Positions 21,519 through 32,173 of a DNA stretch of 40,297 nt are shown piece by piece. The notes below the pieces were generated by a model. The model ran no database searches, was not told the origin of the DNA, and was given only the letters and a program-made list of their open reading frames with translations. The DNA is from Fonticula alba ATCC 38817 (lineage: Eukaryota > Protista > Nucleariida), in NCBI GenBank assembly GCA_000388065.2, contig KB932203.1; one strand, given 5' to 3'. The position numbers were made by a program, and so were the translations under genes. The stretch's first letter is position 1; each line of letters begins with the position of its first letter.

Positions 21519-22003
21519 CTGCACAGGGGCCAGGCACAGGGAGGCTGGCGCACTCGAAGAGGGGGAAAGCCAGCGACAGAAAAGCGGGCGGCAAGGCTCA
21601 AGAGGGGAGGGAAAGAGGAGGGGAGGGGGGAAGGAGGGAGAAGGGGAGAGGCTGGGGTAGGATGCCGCGAGGCCTGGGCATGGCCCCGGCCAGGCGCGGG
21701 CCGGGCGCACAAGATGCATGCGCGTGAATCGACTGAGCGTGCGCGAATTGGGCCTGTGGGTGTGCCGATCGGCCGGCCTCTGTCGCCGGCCCTCTGCGCG
21801 CGCCCGGCCGCCGAGCCAACCTGTCAGGGCAGTGGCCTTCTGGAGATGTAGAACATCTCCCTTTCCCAGAACCGGGTGCCCACTTAAAAGTCGCAGAGCG
21901 CACAGGTGTCCCCGCGCTCTCCGGCCGGCCGCCTTCTCCAGGGGCGGGGAGCGGCCGCAGGACCCGGGTGTTGTGCCTGCCCCCCCCCCCCCCCCCCCCC
22001 CCC

Positions 22004-22383
22004 CGCCGCCCGCCGCCCAGTGCTGGGGGGGGTGGGGGAGGCCGCACGCCGGACCAACTGACGGGGTCGCGTGAAATTCCCTCCTGCGTCTAGGTCCGGG
22101 CGCACGTTTGTCATGCCGCGCCGGTCTGCCTGTCCGGGGAGACCCAAGCACCTGTTGATGGGTGGACGGAGGGGGGGGGGGGGGGCGGGGGATGCGGGGG
22201 GGGGGCCTATGCGTCGGTGGCTTGCCAGGAGCGTCCCGTCTCTCTCTTCCTCTCTCTCTTTCTCTTTCCCGATTTCCCGATGTGCGCTGGCGTCACACGG
22301 CTCGGGTGCCTTCCCCCCCCCGCCGCCCGCCGCCCAGTGCTGGGGGGAGTGGGGGAGGCCGCACGCCGGACCAACTGACGGGG
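22004..22383. repeat. 63-bp direct repeat, two copies 317 bp apart (22004-22066 and 22321-22383)
   Basis: cgccgcccgccgcccagtgctgggggg(g/a)gtgggggaggccgcacgccggaccaactgacgggg, with one mismatch. Both copies are preceded by poly-C and the second is cut by a gap. Confidence 0.85.
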
Positions 22384-22842
22384 NNNNNNNNNNNNNNNNN
22401 NNNNNNNNNNNNNNNNNNNNNNNNNNNNNNNNNNNNNNNNNNNNNNNNNNNNNNNNNNNNNNNNNNNNNNNNNNNNNNNNNNNNNNNNNNNNNNNNNNNN
22501 NNNNNNNNNNNNNNNNNNNNNNNNNNNNNNNNNNNNNNNNNNNNNNNNNNNNNNNNNNNNNNNNNNNNNNNNNNNNNNNNNNNNNNNNNNNNNNNNNNNN
22601 NNNNNNNNNNNNNNNNNNNNNNNNNNNNNNNNNNNNNNNNNNNNNNNNNNNNNNNNNNNNNNNNNNNNNNNNNNNNNNNNNNNNNNNNNNNNNNNNNNNN
22701 NNNNNNNGCCTTTGCCCCCTGTCTCTCTCTGCTGCTTTCTTTTTCTGCCCTTCTCTCCTTTCCGTGCACCTACTGATCCGCTCCCCCCCCCCCCTTCCGC
22801 TCCGTCGCTCCCTCTCTCTCTCTCTCTGCCCTCTTCCAGGCC

Positions 22843-24443
22843 ATGGCCGCTCGCAACTTTGCCTCGGCCGCCCCCAAGAACGCGGTCCTCGTCGTTGCCG
22901 AGCACGATGGTGACAAGGTATCCCCTCTCGCGCATACACCCGTCCGCACATGTGCATGGTTCCTCTGTAAGGAGGGGGCGGACTGTGGCGGTCCCCCCAC
23001 GCCGCATGCACCTTGACTGACCCGGGCTGTGACCCTCCCCACGCACACGCACATGTCGTAGCTCAACCCCTCCACCCTGTCGGCCATCACCGCCGCGTCC
23101 AAGCTCAACCGCCCCATTTCCCTGCTGGTTGCTGGTAGCAAGGCTGACGCCATTGCGCAGGAGGTGCGTCTGGACAACCCCTCCCCGCCCTGCCATTCCT
23201 CGCCCTACTGACGGCCGGCGTCCCTCTGCGCCCCCTCCACCCGCTCTGCCCCTGGAAATGCCCCCAGGCCGCCAAGACCGCCGGTGTCGCCGAGGTCCTC
23301 TCCGTCAAGGATGCCGCGTATGACAACGCCCTGGCCGAGAACGTCGCCAGCCTGATTGTCGACGTGCAGAACCGCCACAGTACGTCCGGCCAGCCGCGCG
23401 CACGAGCCCATGCACCCGTCTTCCCTGCTGTGCGAGGCGCCTCGCTGTCCGCCCTATTCACCCGTCCGTCCGCCCGCCCGCCCGCCCGGCCGAAGCCTTC
23501 TCGCACATCTTCGCCCCCCACTCCTCCTTCGGCCGCAACGTCATGCCCCGCGCCGCCGCCCTGCTGGACATCGCCCAGATCTCCGACATCACCGCCGTCA
23601 AGGACGAGGCCACCTTCGTGCGGCCCATCTACGCCGGTAACGCCATCTCCACCGTCAAGTCCAACGATGCCGTGCGCGTGGTCACCGTTCGCTCGACCGC
23701 CTTTGAGAAGGCCGACACCACCGGCGGCAACGCCACCATCAAGGAGGAGGCCGCCGCCGCCACTTCCGGTGCGTCGTGCTGCTTTGTGGCTGGTGCTGCC
23801 TCCCTGCACACCCACCCACATTCGCCCATCCGCCACCCATCCGCCGCTCATCCGCTCATCCACTCACACTGATGCACATGCAAACAGACAAGGCCAAGTT
23901 CGTCGGCCGCGAGATGGCCGTCTCTGATCGCCCCTCTCTGGGCACCGCCGCGCGCGTTGTCTCCGGTGGCCGCGCCCTCAAGAGCCGCGAGAACTTCCAG
24001 ATCATCTACGACCTGGCCGACGCCATGGGTGCCGCCGGTGCGTCCTCTCTCCCCCCCCCCCCCCCACCCCCACCCCCTCCTCCTCCTCGTGCCGCTCAGC
24101 GCAGCCCCCTCTCTTCCGCACCTAACCCGCCCGGATCCATATGACCCCCTCCCCTGGCTCGGCCGCCCTCCCGACAGTCGGTGCCTCTCGCGCCGCCGTC
24201 GATGCCGGCTACTGCGATAACTCGCTGCAGATTGGTCAGACCGGTCAGATTGTTGCCCCCCAGCTGTACCTGGCCGTCGGTATCTCCGGTGCCATCCAGC
24301 ACGTCGCCGGCATGAAGGACTCCAAGATCATTGCCTGCATCAACAAGAACCCCGAGGAGCCGATCTTTGCCCTGGCCGACTACGGTCTCGAGGCGGACCT
24401 CTTCGAGGCGGTCCCCGAGATGATCAAGCAGCTCAAGAACTAG
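22843..24443 (+). CDS. ETFA: Electron transfer flavoprotein alpha subunit, mitochondrial
   Basis: Exons 22843(22840)-22917, 23062-23163, 23268-23379, 23496-23768, 23888-24037 and 24178-24443. Motifs: [100 protein letters not shown]. Confidence 0.97.
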
Positions 24444-24841
24444 ACGCCTGCTCGCCAGCCCGCATCCCACCCCGAGCGCGAGTCCCAGGACCAGGGGTAG
24501 TAGGGCGGCCTCCCCCGCAGGGGGCATGCCGCATGGGCATCATCCGCGGCCCATCCTTCTCCCCCGCTCTCTCTCTCTCCCTCTCTCGTCCATTGTTGGT
24601 GCTGTTGCTGCCGCCGTTGCTCAGGCCGTCGGTGGTCCTCGCTGTGCCCCCCCCCCCCCCCCCACCTCGCCGACTTCTCCTCTCCGGTACAAGGTGGTAC
24701 ATACGAAGGTGAACACAACTGGGGGGATGGCACCCCGGCGAGAGGGGAGGACCGAGAGGTCGGGACCCGTGGTCGCTCACGCGCGCACCCACCCACTCAA
24801 ACACAAACACATACCCCGTGCGCACAGCGCGCACCTCCGCG

Positions 24842-24847
24842 AATAAA
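24842..24847 (+). terminator. Candidate polyadenylation signal for ETFA
   Basis: AATAAA about 400 nt after the ETFA stop, between convergent genes. Confidence 0.35.
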
Positions 24848-25044
24848 CACCCAGAAAGCCAATGTCCCACGCTCCGCCCGCCCCCCCTCCCCACCCTCTT
24901 CTTCGCGGTCCGACGCATGTGGGAACGTGTCTCGAAGGTGCAAAACATGCACACGCGTACATCGGTGAATGTATGTCCATGTATATTGGCAAGCGAGGGG
25001 GGGGGGGGGCCGTGCCCGGCGCCTCGGCGCGGCAGTAAGACGCA

Positions 25045-25328
25045 CTATGATTGCTGCTGCTGGGCCACCGTCGAGACGGGGGCTATCGACGTGTTGATCG
25101 GAGCCCCTGGTGATGATGGCGGCGGTGGTGCCAGTGGCGATGCCGGTGGCACATCACCAGACGGCAACAGGGCCGCTGTCGAGGGGGGCGGCGTGACACC
25201 TGGGTGGCCGGTAGGGGAGATAGAAACCCGACGAGGTCCCGAGGGGGGAGGGGAACGCACGGAGGGATCGCCAGATTGGTCAGGACTCACCAATGAAGAG
25301 AGAGAGAGAAAAAGAGAGAGAGAGAGAG

Positions 25329-25372
<44 letters not shown>

Positions 25373-26940
25373 AGAAGATAGAAGGCCGAAGAAGAGAAGG
25401 AGGCAGGGCGTACTGGTGGGCTCGGAGCGGATGGTCGCGGCCGCGGCCGACACGGCCGCCGGCGGGAGTGAGGACTGAAGGCGTGGCCGGGCGCGTCGGA
25501 TGGCGGGCCCCGCATGCAGAGGGAATGGCCGGATGGAACTCAGGCCACGCACCGGCCGGGCGGCGCTGCGCCGGGCAGCCACCGCCGCCATGGCCGCCGC
25601 CTCGGCCGCTGCCGATGTGAGAAGCAGGTCCTGCTCGGAGGTCGAGTCGAAGATGGACTCCAGCTCCGGCGGCAGGGCAGCGCTGTCGACCCGGGCCGAA
25701 AAGCAGAGGGCAATATCGGCCGCCGTGGGCAGGGCCGCCGGCCGGGAGGGCGCATTGCCGCCCGGGGGCAGTTCCGCGCCCTGGTGGCTGGGCGAGTGCG
25801 AAGGCAGCCCCCCGGGCGCCGGACCCGGCCCGGTGCCTGGCCGGACTTCGAGGCCAAAGGCCCCGGAGCCTGGGGCCAGAGCAAAGTGCGAATCGGCCCC
25901 GGCGCCCGCGGCCTGGCCAGCCCGGGGGCCAGCCAGATCGGAGGCCGCCGTGTCAGGCGACATGTCGGTGGTCCCGGCCGATGCCGCGGTTGCCGCGGTT
26001 GCCGCGGCTGTTGCTGAGGTCGCGGCGGCGGCGGCGGCCGCCGCCGCCGCCGCCGCCGCCGCTGCTGCTGCTGCTGCTGCTGCACCCGATCCCGGCAGCA
26101 GTGGCAGCAGGAGCCCCGACCCGGCCGGGTCCGGATAGAGGTCAGGCTGCGCCGGCAGGGGGAGGACCGCGCCCGGGGGGGCGCTCGGGCCGCCGGTCGC
26201 CGTCGACGATCTCCCCTTGGAGGGCACGTGCGCCTGGAAGGTGAAACTCGGACCGTCGGTGGCGCTGACGGCATTGGCCACGGCCGGGGCGCGTGGCACG
26301 CGCAGCACCGGCGGCTCGGGCCTGTGTGGCGCGGTTTTCGCAGCACGTCCCCGGGAGCATGAGCCGGCCCCGAAGGAGGGGGGGAGGGGGCGGGAGTGGG
26401 AGCACGCACGGTCAGAGGAGCCAGCAGGGGGGGGGGAGAGTAGAAAAGGAGGGTGAAACGAAGTGACCACCAATGTGGGGCACTCGGGCTCGGCGCGTAC
26501 CGAGGGAAGCGCAAGTGCGCCTCCGGGTCAGTCGGATCCGGTTGGTACTCCTCGGCCAGGGCCTGGATGCAGTCGCTGGAGATGCCCAGGTCGAGCATGG
26601 CCTGCGTGGTGTCGGTGACGTTGGGGACAGTCCGGCCGGAGCTCTGGAGATGGGCCAGCCAGGTGGCCGGGCGTGTTAGAGAGAGCGGCGGGCGGCACGG
26701 CGGCAGGGCGGCAGGGCGGCAGGGAGAGGGGATGGGGTGACACGATGGCACAACCGGGCATCCCCCGGGCAGACGCACCTCGGCCGACACCTTGGAGCGA
26801 TACACCAGCAGGTCCAGGCGCTCGAGCCACAGGTCGGTCAAAGTATCCCAGGCGGTGCGCCGCGCCGAGTGGAAGCCCACCCGCGCGCAGACATGCGCGC
26901 TGGCCAGGCGCGCCAGGCGAAAGACCGTGTCCTCGGACAT
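25045..26940 (-). CDS. Bromodomain-associated (BTP) histone-fold TFIID subunit, TAF3/TAF8 family
   Basis: Exons 26940-26779, 26643-26501, 26321-25414 and 25199-25045. The N-terminus LARLASAHVCARVGFHSARRTAWDTLTDLW...SAESSGRTVPNVTD...AMLDLGI is a typical BTP histone fold. The remainder is Ala/Pro/Gly low-complexity sequence with a poly-Ala tract. Confidence 0.75.
25981..26082 (-). repeat. GCN trinucleotide repeat encoding poly-Ala in the TAF-like gene
   Basis: (gct)n/(gcc)n/(gcg)n runs on the + strand translate on the - strand as about 19 consecutive Ala plus ATSATAAATAATAAS. Confidence 0.85.
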
Positions 26941-28101
26941 CGGTGCCGGGCGGGGTCCGGAAAGCGGCGAGGGGAGGTGGGACGGGAGCGAGTCGGGGGC
27001 GGCGGGCGGATGGCACCCAGCCGGCGGGGGCATAGGACGAGGAAAGGGGGCGGAGCAGGGGCGAGAGGGGGGGGGGGGAGAGGGTCCAGACGTGCGAGAT
27101 GGGCCGTTGCAAGCGGCCGGGACAGGGCGGCGCAAGGGCGAGGGGGCAGGGAGGAGAAGGGGGAGGGGAAGCAGTGCCGCGTATGCGCCGGCGCGCGCTG
27201 GCCGACTGGGCGGCCCAAAGAGAGGAAGCGGCGCCCGGGGGCGTGATCTCGCCGGGGCTGTGGGCCCCCCCCCCCCCCCCCCCCCCGCTTGCCGGACCCC
27301 GCAGACCAGCGAGACGGGCAGAGGCGCCCCTTCCGCGCGGGTCGACGACGGTGGCCGCCGCCCGCCCCGTTTCTTACGCCCCCGCCCCCGTTCAGGTCGA
27401 GGACCCCCCCCCCCCCCCGGCCCGAGCGCCATCGTCGGGCGGATCAGCGGGCGCGTCGTGCGTTGGCACTGATCGTTCGCTGCCGCCGGAACAGGCTCCA
27501 AATAAAACAGCGCCGTCGGAGTGAATTTAATAATAATCTAAATATCCCCTGGTGGATCTCGTGCTCAGCCTAAAAGGGGCTCGTGCTTGGTCACCCGTTC
27601 CCCGGCCTGTCCCCCCCCCCCCCCCCCCGTTGGCCGGCTTCCCTGGGGGGCCCGCCCCCCCCTTCCCCCCCCCCCCGCGTTCGGCTGGCATGTGTGCGAT
27701 CTTCCGGCTGTGAAAAAACCCGGCGGGGGGGGGGGGGTTACGCCACATTCTGCTCGCCCATGCCGCCGGCGCTGGCCCGGGTGTGTGTGGGCGCCGGTGT
27801 GGGTGCGGGTGCCGGCGGTGTCGGCGCGTACACGTACCCGCTCGAGCGGGGGAGCGCCCTCGCGCCCTCGCGCCCGGGGCTTCTCCCTGGCGCGTTATCA
27901 CATCACAACGCAATCGCGCACCGGCTCCGGGCGAGCGGCGGGCGCCGGTGGCGGGGGCTGCGGTCCGGAGGGGGGGAGCCTGTGTGAATGCAGGTAAATG
28001 GGCGGGCATCCATGCGCCAGTCGGGCACCGCGCGCACACACACGCCATGTTGACCATGGTCGGCGCGCGGCGGCCGTCTGGAGGGTAGACCTATCAAGGA
28101 G

Positions 28102-28145
<44 letters not shown>

Positions 28146-29787
28146 ACGCCACCCGCCACCTGGCACCGTCTCCCGCCGCCGCCCCGGTCCCTGGCGGGTT
28201 TCCCCCGGGGCACAGGCGGCCAGGCACGCCCTCACGGCACATACTCCCCCCCCAAAGCCCCGGAGCTCTCCCACCCCCGTCCCCCGCGCTCCTGTTGTAG
28301 CAGGCCGGCTCTTATCTGGCACCAAGCTCCGCCCCAGCGCACAGCCTGGCGCCCTGTCCCTGTCCCGGCATCCCGGTATTTAAGTGGGTGGACGCCGGTT
28401 GACCACCCCGCGAGGGGGGGTCCCGCACCCCTCGTTGAATGAGAGAAATATCCGCGCTGACCCCGGTGGGCCTGTTTTNNNNNNNNNNNNNNNNNNNNNN
28501 NNNNNNNNNNNNNNNNNNNNNNNNNNNNNNNNNNNNNNNNNNNNNNNNNNNNNNNNNNNNNNNNNNNNNNNNNNNNNNNNNNNNNNNNNNNNNNNNNNNN
28601 NNNNNNNNNNNNNNNNNNNNNNNNNNNNNNNNNNNNNNNNNNNNNNNNNNNNNNNNNNNNNNNNNNNNNNNNNNNNNNNNNNNNNNNNNNNNNNNNNNNN
28701 NNNNNNNNNNNNNNNNNNNNNNNNNNNNNNNNNNNNNNNNNNNNNNNNNNNNNNNNNNNNNNNNNNNNNNNNNNNNNNNNNNNNNNNNNNNNNNNNNNNN
28801 NNNNNNNNNNNNNNNNNNNNNNNNNNNNNNNNNNNNNNNNNNNNNNNNNNNNNNNNNNNNNNNNNNNNNNNNNNNNNNNNNNNNNNNNNNNNNNNNNNNN
28901 NNNNNNNNNNNNNNNNNNNNNNNNNNNNNNNNNNNNNNNNNNNNNNNNNNNNNNNNNNNNNNNNNNNNNNNNNNNNNNNNNNNNNNNNNNNNNNNNNNNN
29001 NNNNNNNNNNNNNNNNNNNNNNNNNNNNNNNNNNNNNNNNNNNNNNNNNNNNNNNNNNNNNNNNNNNNNNNNNNNNNNNNNNNNNNNNNNNNNNNNNNNN
29101 NNNNNNNNNNNNNNNNNNNNNNNNNNNNNNNNNNNNNNNNNNNNNNNNNNNNNNNNNNNNNNNNNNNNNNNNNNNNNNNNNNNNNNNNNNNNNNNNNNNN
29201 NNNNNNNNNNNNNNNNNNNNNNNNNNNNNNNNNNNNNNNNNNNNNNNNNNNNNNNNNNNNNNNNNNNNNNNNNNGCGGCGTCGGCCCGCGTGTACCCGCC
29301 GACGGCTGGCGGGCCTGTTGGCACCGGCCCGGCGGCCCCGGCGCCTTGGTGCTCGCCGGCCCGATCGTCCCCCCCCCCCCGCGCGGCTCGGTCGCGGGCC
29401 TCCCCGGTCCGCCCGCCCCGGGGGTGCGGGGCGTGTTCCCAGGCCGCCCGGGGGTGGCCGGCCGCGCCCCCATGCTGCCCTGGGCGGCGGCGGCCCGCGG
29501 CTTGCGCCCGCTCGCCGAGGGAGCCTCGCCCCCTGCTCCTCCTGCCCCACCGGGGGGAGGGTTATGCATCACTTGCTAAGGTGGGCATCTCGCGCCCTTG
29601 GGGCACACGCTGACCCCCCCCCCCCCCCCGCTCGCCCTCGGCCGCGTGTGTTCGCACGCGCCCGGATTTCCCCCGCCTGCTTCCACCGGCACACGCGTGT
29701 GTTCCCCGCCGCCGCCGCCGCCGCCGCCGCCACCGTCTGCCCCGGGCCGAATCGCAGGCTCGTGCCGCCCCGTCCCCACTCCCGCGA

Positions 29788-30017
29788 ATGGTGCGCCTCC
29801 TATTTGACACACCGACCCCGGCCGGGCCCAGGCGCCGGCGCGCGCTTGGGTTGAAGACCACCGATCTCCTGCTCTCCCCCCCTCCCCCCTCTCCTTTCCT
29901 CCGCGCACGCCCCGCTCTCCCTCCCCCTCCTGTGAAGCCTGGGTCCATCCCCCGTGTAAGCCCCCACCGCCTTCCTTCTGCATTGCCCTCCCTCCTTACG
30001 CACCGCCCCCGCCCCCT

Positions 30018-30052
<35 letters not shown>

Positions 30053-30505
30053 TTTCGCCGCGCTCGCTCACCCCGTCACGCCCTGCCCCTCCCCCCTTTC
30101 TGTCGTTCCAGAGCACAGCCCCCGCCATCCCTCCCCCCCTCGCCACCTTTTCCCCAGTCTCATGCTCCTTCGTCCGCGAGCTGAATCACGGTTTATGGTG
30201 TCTGCCAGTCAGCCTTCCGCAGCTCCCCCCCCGCCCCCTCTTGCCCGCCGCTGTCTTCGTCGTCACCCGTCGTTGTCCGCCGCGTCCCCCTGTTTTTGAG
30301 CCCCACCCTCTCGTCTCCCCCCTCCTTGTTTGTTAGTCCCCCCCCCCTCTTCCCCCTTTCCCCGCGAGTGCCTCTCCTTCCCCTCCCCCCCTTCGGAGCA
30401 CACGCCCTTCACACAAAGTAGCATCAACCATGTCCGTCAATATCAACCGTCAGATCGACGACATGTTCTACCGGTACAAGATGCCCAAGCTCACGTCTCG
30501 CGTGA
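29788..30505 (+). promoter_or_regulatory. Candidate spliced upstream ORF overlapping the eIF5 start codon
   Basis: ATG 29788-29790 is directly followed by a consensus donor GTGCGC. Splicing to the TAG acceptor at 30419-30421 gives an out-of-frame ORF ending at TGA 30503-30505. Confidence 0.45.
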
Positions 30506-31539
30506 CTGGCTCCGGTAACGGCATCAAGACCCTCCTGACGAACGTCGTCGAGGTTGCTCGCGCTCTCGAGCGCCCGCCCGCCTGTGCGTCGCCCCGCCCC
30601 TTCCGTGTCTCGCCTGCTCCATCGTATTCACCCTCACTCGGCCGTTTGTTCCCTTCGGGACTCCGCGCGCCATGTCCGTGCATGCGCGCGCGCGCGACAC
30701 GCACACCTCCAGACATTACCAAGTTCTTCGGCGGCGAGCTCGGTGCCCAGACCTCCATCGATGAGAAGACCGCCCGGTACATCGTCAACGGCGCTCACCA
30801 GACTTCCAAACTGGCCGACATCCTGGACATTTTCATCAAGCGCTTCGTCCTGTGCCCCTCTTGCTCCAACCCCGAGACCGCTGTTGTGCGTGTGCTGTTC
30901 TGGCCCCCCCCCCCCCCCCCCGTTGTTCCTTCCGGTCGTTCGCCCTGGCGGCATTCGGCCCCTTCATTCTCCGCGACCCTCCCCACCCCGCCCTCCCCCT
31001 TTCATGCATCATGCGCTCACACAGCTCACACCATACCCACCGTGCACACACACACACACCCACACATCTAGACGATCACCCGCAAGGGCGAGATCTTCCT
31101 TGCTTGCAAGGCCTGCGGCTCGCGCAACATGATCGACATGACCCATCGCCTGGTCCCCTACATCCTGCGCAACCCGCCTGATGGTGCCAGCGATGACACC
31201 CTCACTTCCTCTTCCGCCGGCAAGGAGGTCCGTCGGCTATCCCTGCCATTGCCGGGGCTCCCTCCCGCTCCCCCCCCTCCCCTGTTCCTTCCTGCACACA
31301 TTGACTCACGCACACGCGCACCGCATGTCACCGGCTTGGATCCGCCTTCGTAGAAGAAGCGCTCGTCCAAGTCCAAGGGCGAGACCGAGGAGGAGCGCCA
31401 GGCCCAGCGCCAGGCCCGGCGTGACGCCGCGCGCGCCCTGCGTGCCGGCGCCGCCGACGCCAAGGCCTCCGAGGACGCCGAGGACACCAAGGACGACCTG
31501 GAGACCACCGCCGGGTCCCCTGCCCTCATCAACACCTGA
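30430..31539 (+). CDS. EIF5: Eukaryotic translation initiation factor 5 (N-terminal GAP domain only, 222 aa)
   Basis: Exons 30430-30583, 30713-30885, 31072-31227 and 31354-31539. Sequence [21 protein letters not shown]...GSGNGIKT...[18 protein letters not shown]...YIVNGAH...[16 protein letters not shown]...CKACG is the eIF5 signature with a C4 zinc finger. Confidence 0.93.
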
Positions 31540-32142
31540 GCCACACGCCGCTGCCGCCTCTCGGCAGGCGCCTGGTGCTGGACCCCGAGGGCCGACCGCG
31601 TCGAGCACTTGCTGTGTGCTGTTGCCGGTTGCTCCCCCCCCCCCCCGCCTCGGCCCATGGATGTCGCGTTGATGGTTGTCAGCCACATTTCCCCCCCACC
31701 CCCCCCACATGCTCCTCCGCTGTCGCCCGTCAGCAGCAAGAAAGGGAGAGCGGCATGCGAGGAGATGCATAGAATTCGCTGACTGGTTGCGCGCGTGCGT
31801 CTACGGTCGTGGGCGCACACGCACACTTCTTCGCGCCCGATAATATACAATTACACAGCCCCCCTTCTCCTCCCCCCTGTCGGTGATATGTGTGCCTTCG
31901 CGGCGGTCTTTGGTGCAGGAGTGCGCGCCGCATGCACACAAAAGTGCCTCCCCCCAGAAGAAGCAAGAAACGAGAGGTAGGATCGGAGAAAGAGAGGAGA
32001 GAGGGAGGGGAAAAGAGGGGGTCTCCTTGTGCAGGAGACGTGTATTTTGCTAGCTCGGGCACGATCTACCGCCCTGATGCCGGGGGAGGGGAGCGGGAAG
32101 GGCCCGGGGTGCGGGTGAAACTCAAGGACAAGAAGGGAAGAT

Positions 32143-32173
<31 letters not shown>

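Noticed and set aside
23496-23545. Apparent frameshift in ETFA exon 4
   Set aside because: Recounting the C run gives TTC GCC CCC CAC TCC TCC TTC GGC, which is in frame ([10 protein letters not shown]).
27572-27588. AAAAGGGGCTCGTGCTT, resembling the RNase MRP/P CR-V motif
   Set aside because: No matching CR-I (GAAAGTCC-like) at a suitable distance upstream to form P4.
28232-29854. Long ORFs spanning N gaps (also 37543-39472, 22071-22913)
   Set aside because: Their length comes from X residues; the flanking translations are low-complexity and not protein-like.
31490-31672. Single-base frameshift turning eIF5 DDL into DDW and restoring the C-terminal domain
   Set aside because: The shifted frame reads [29 protein letters not shown]..., and stop readthrough gives ATRRCRLSAGAW...; neither resembles DWEAR or W2.
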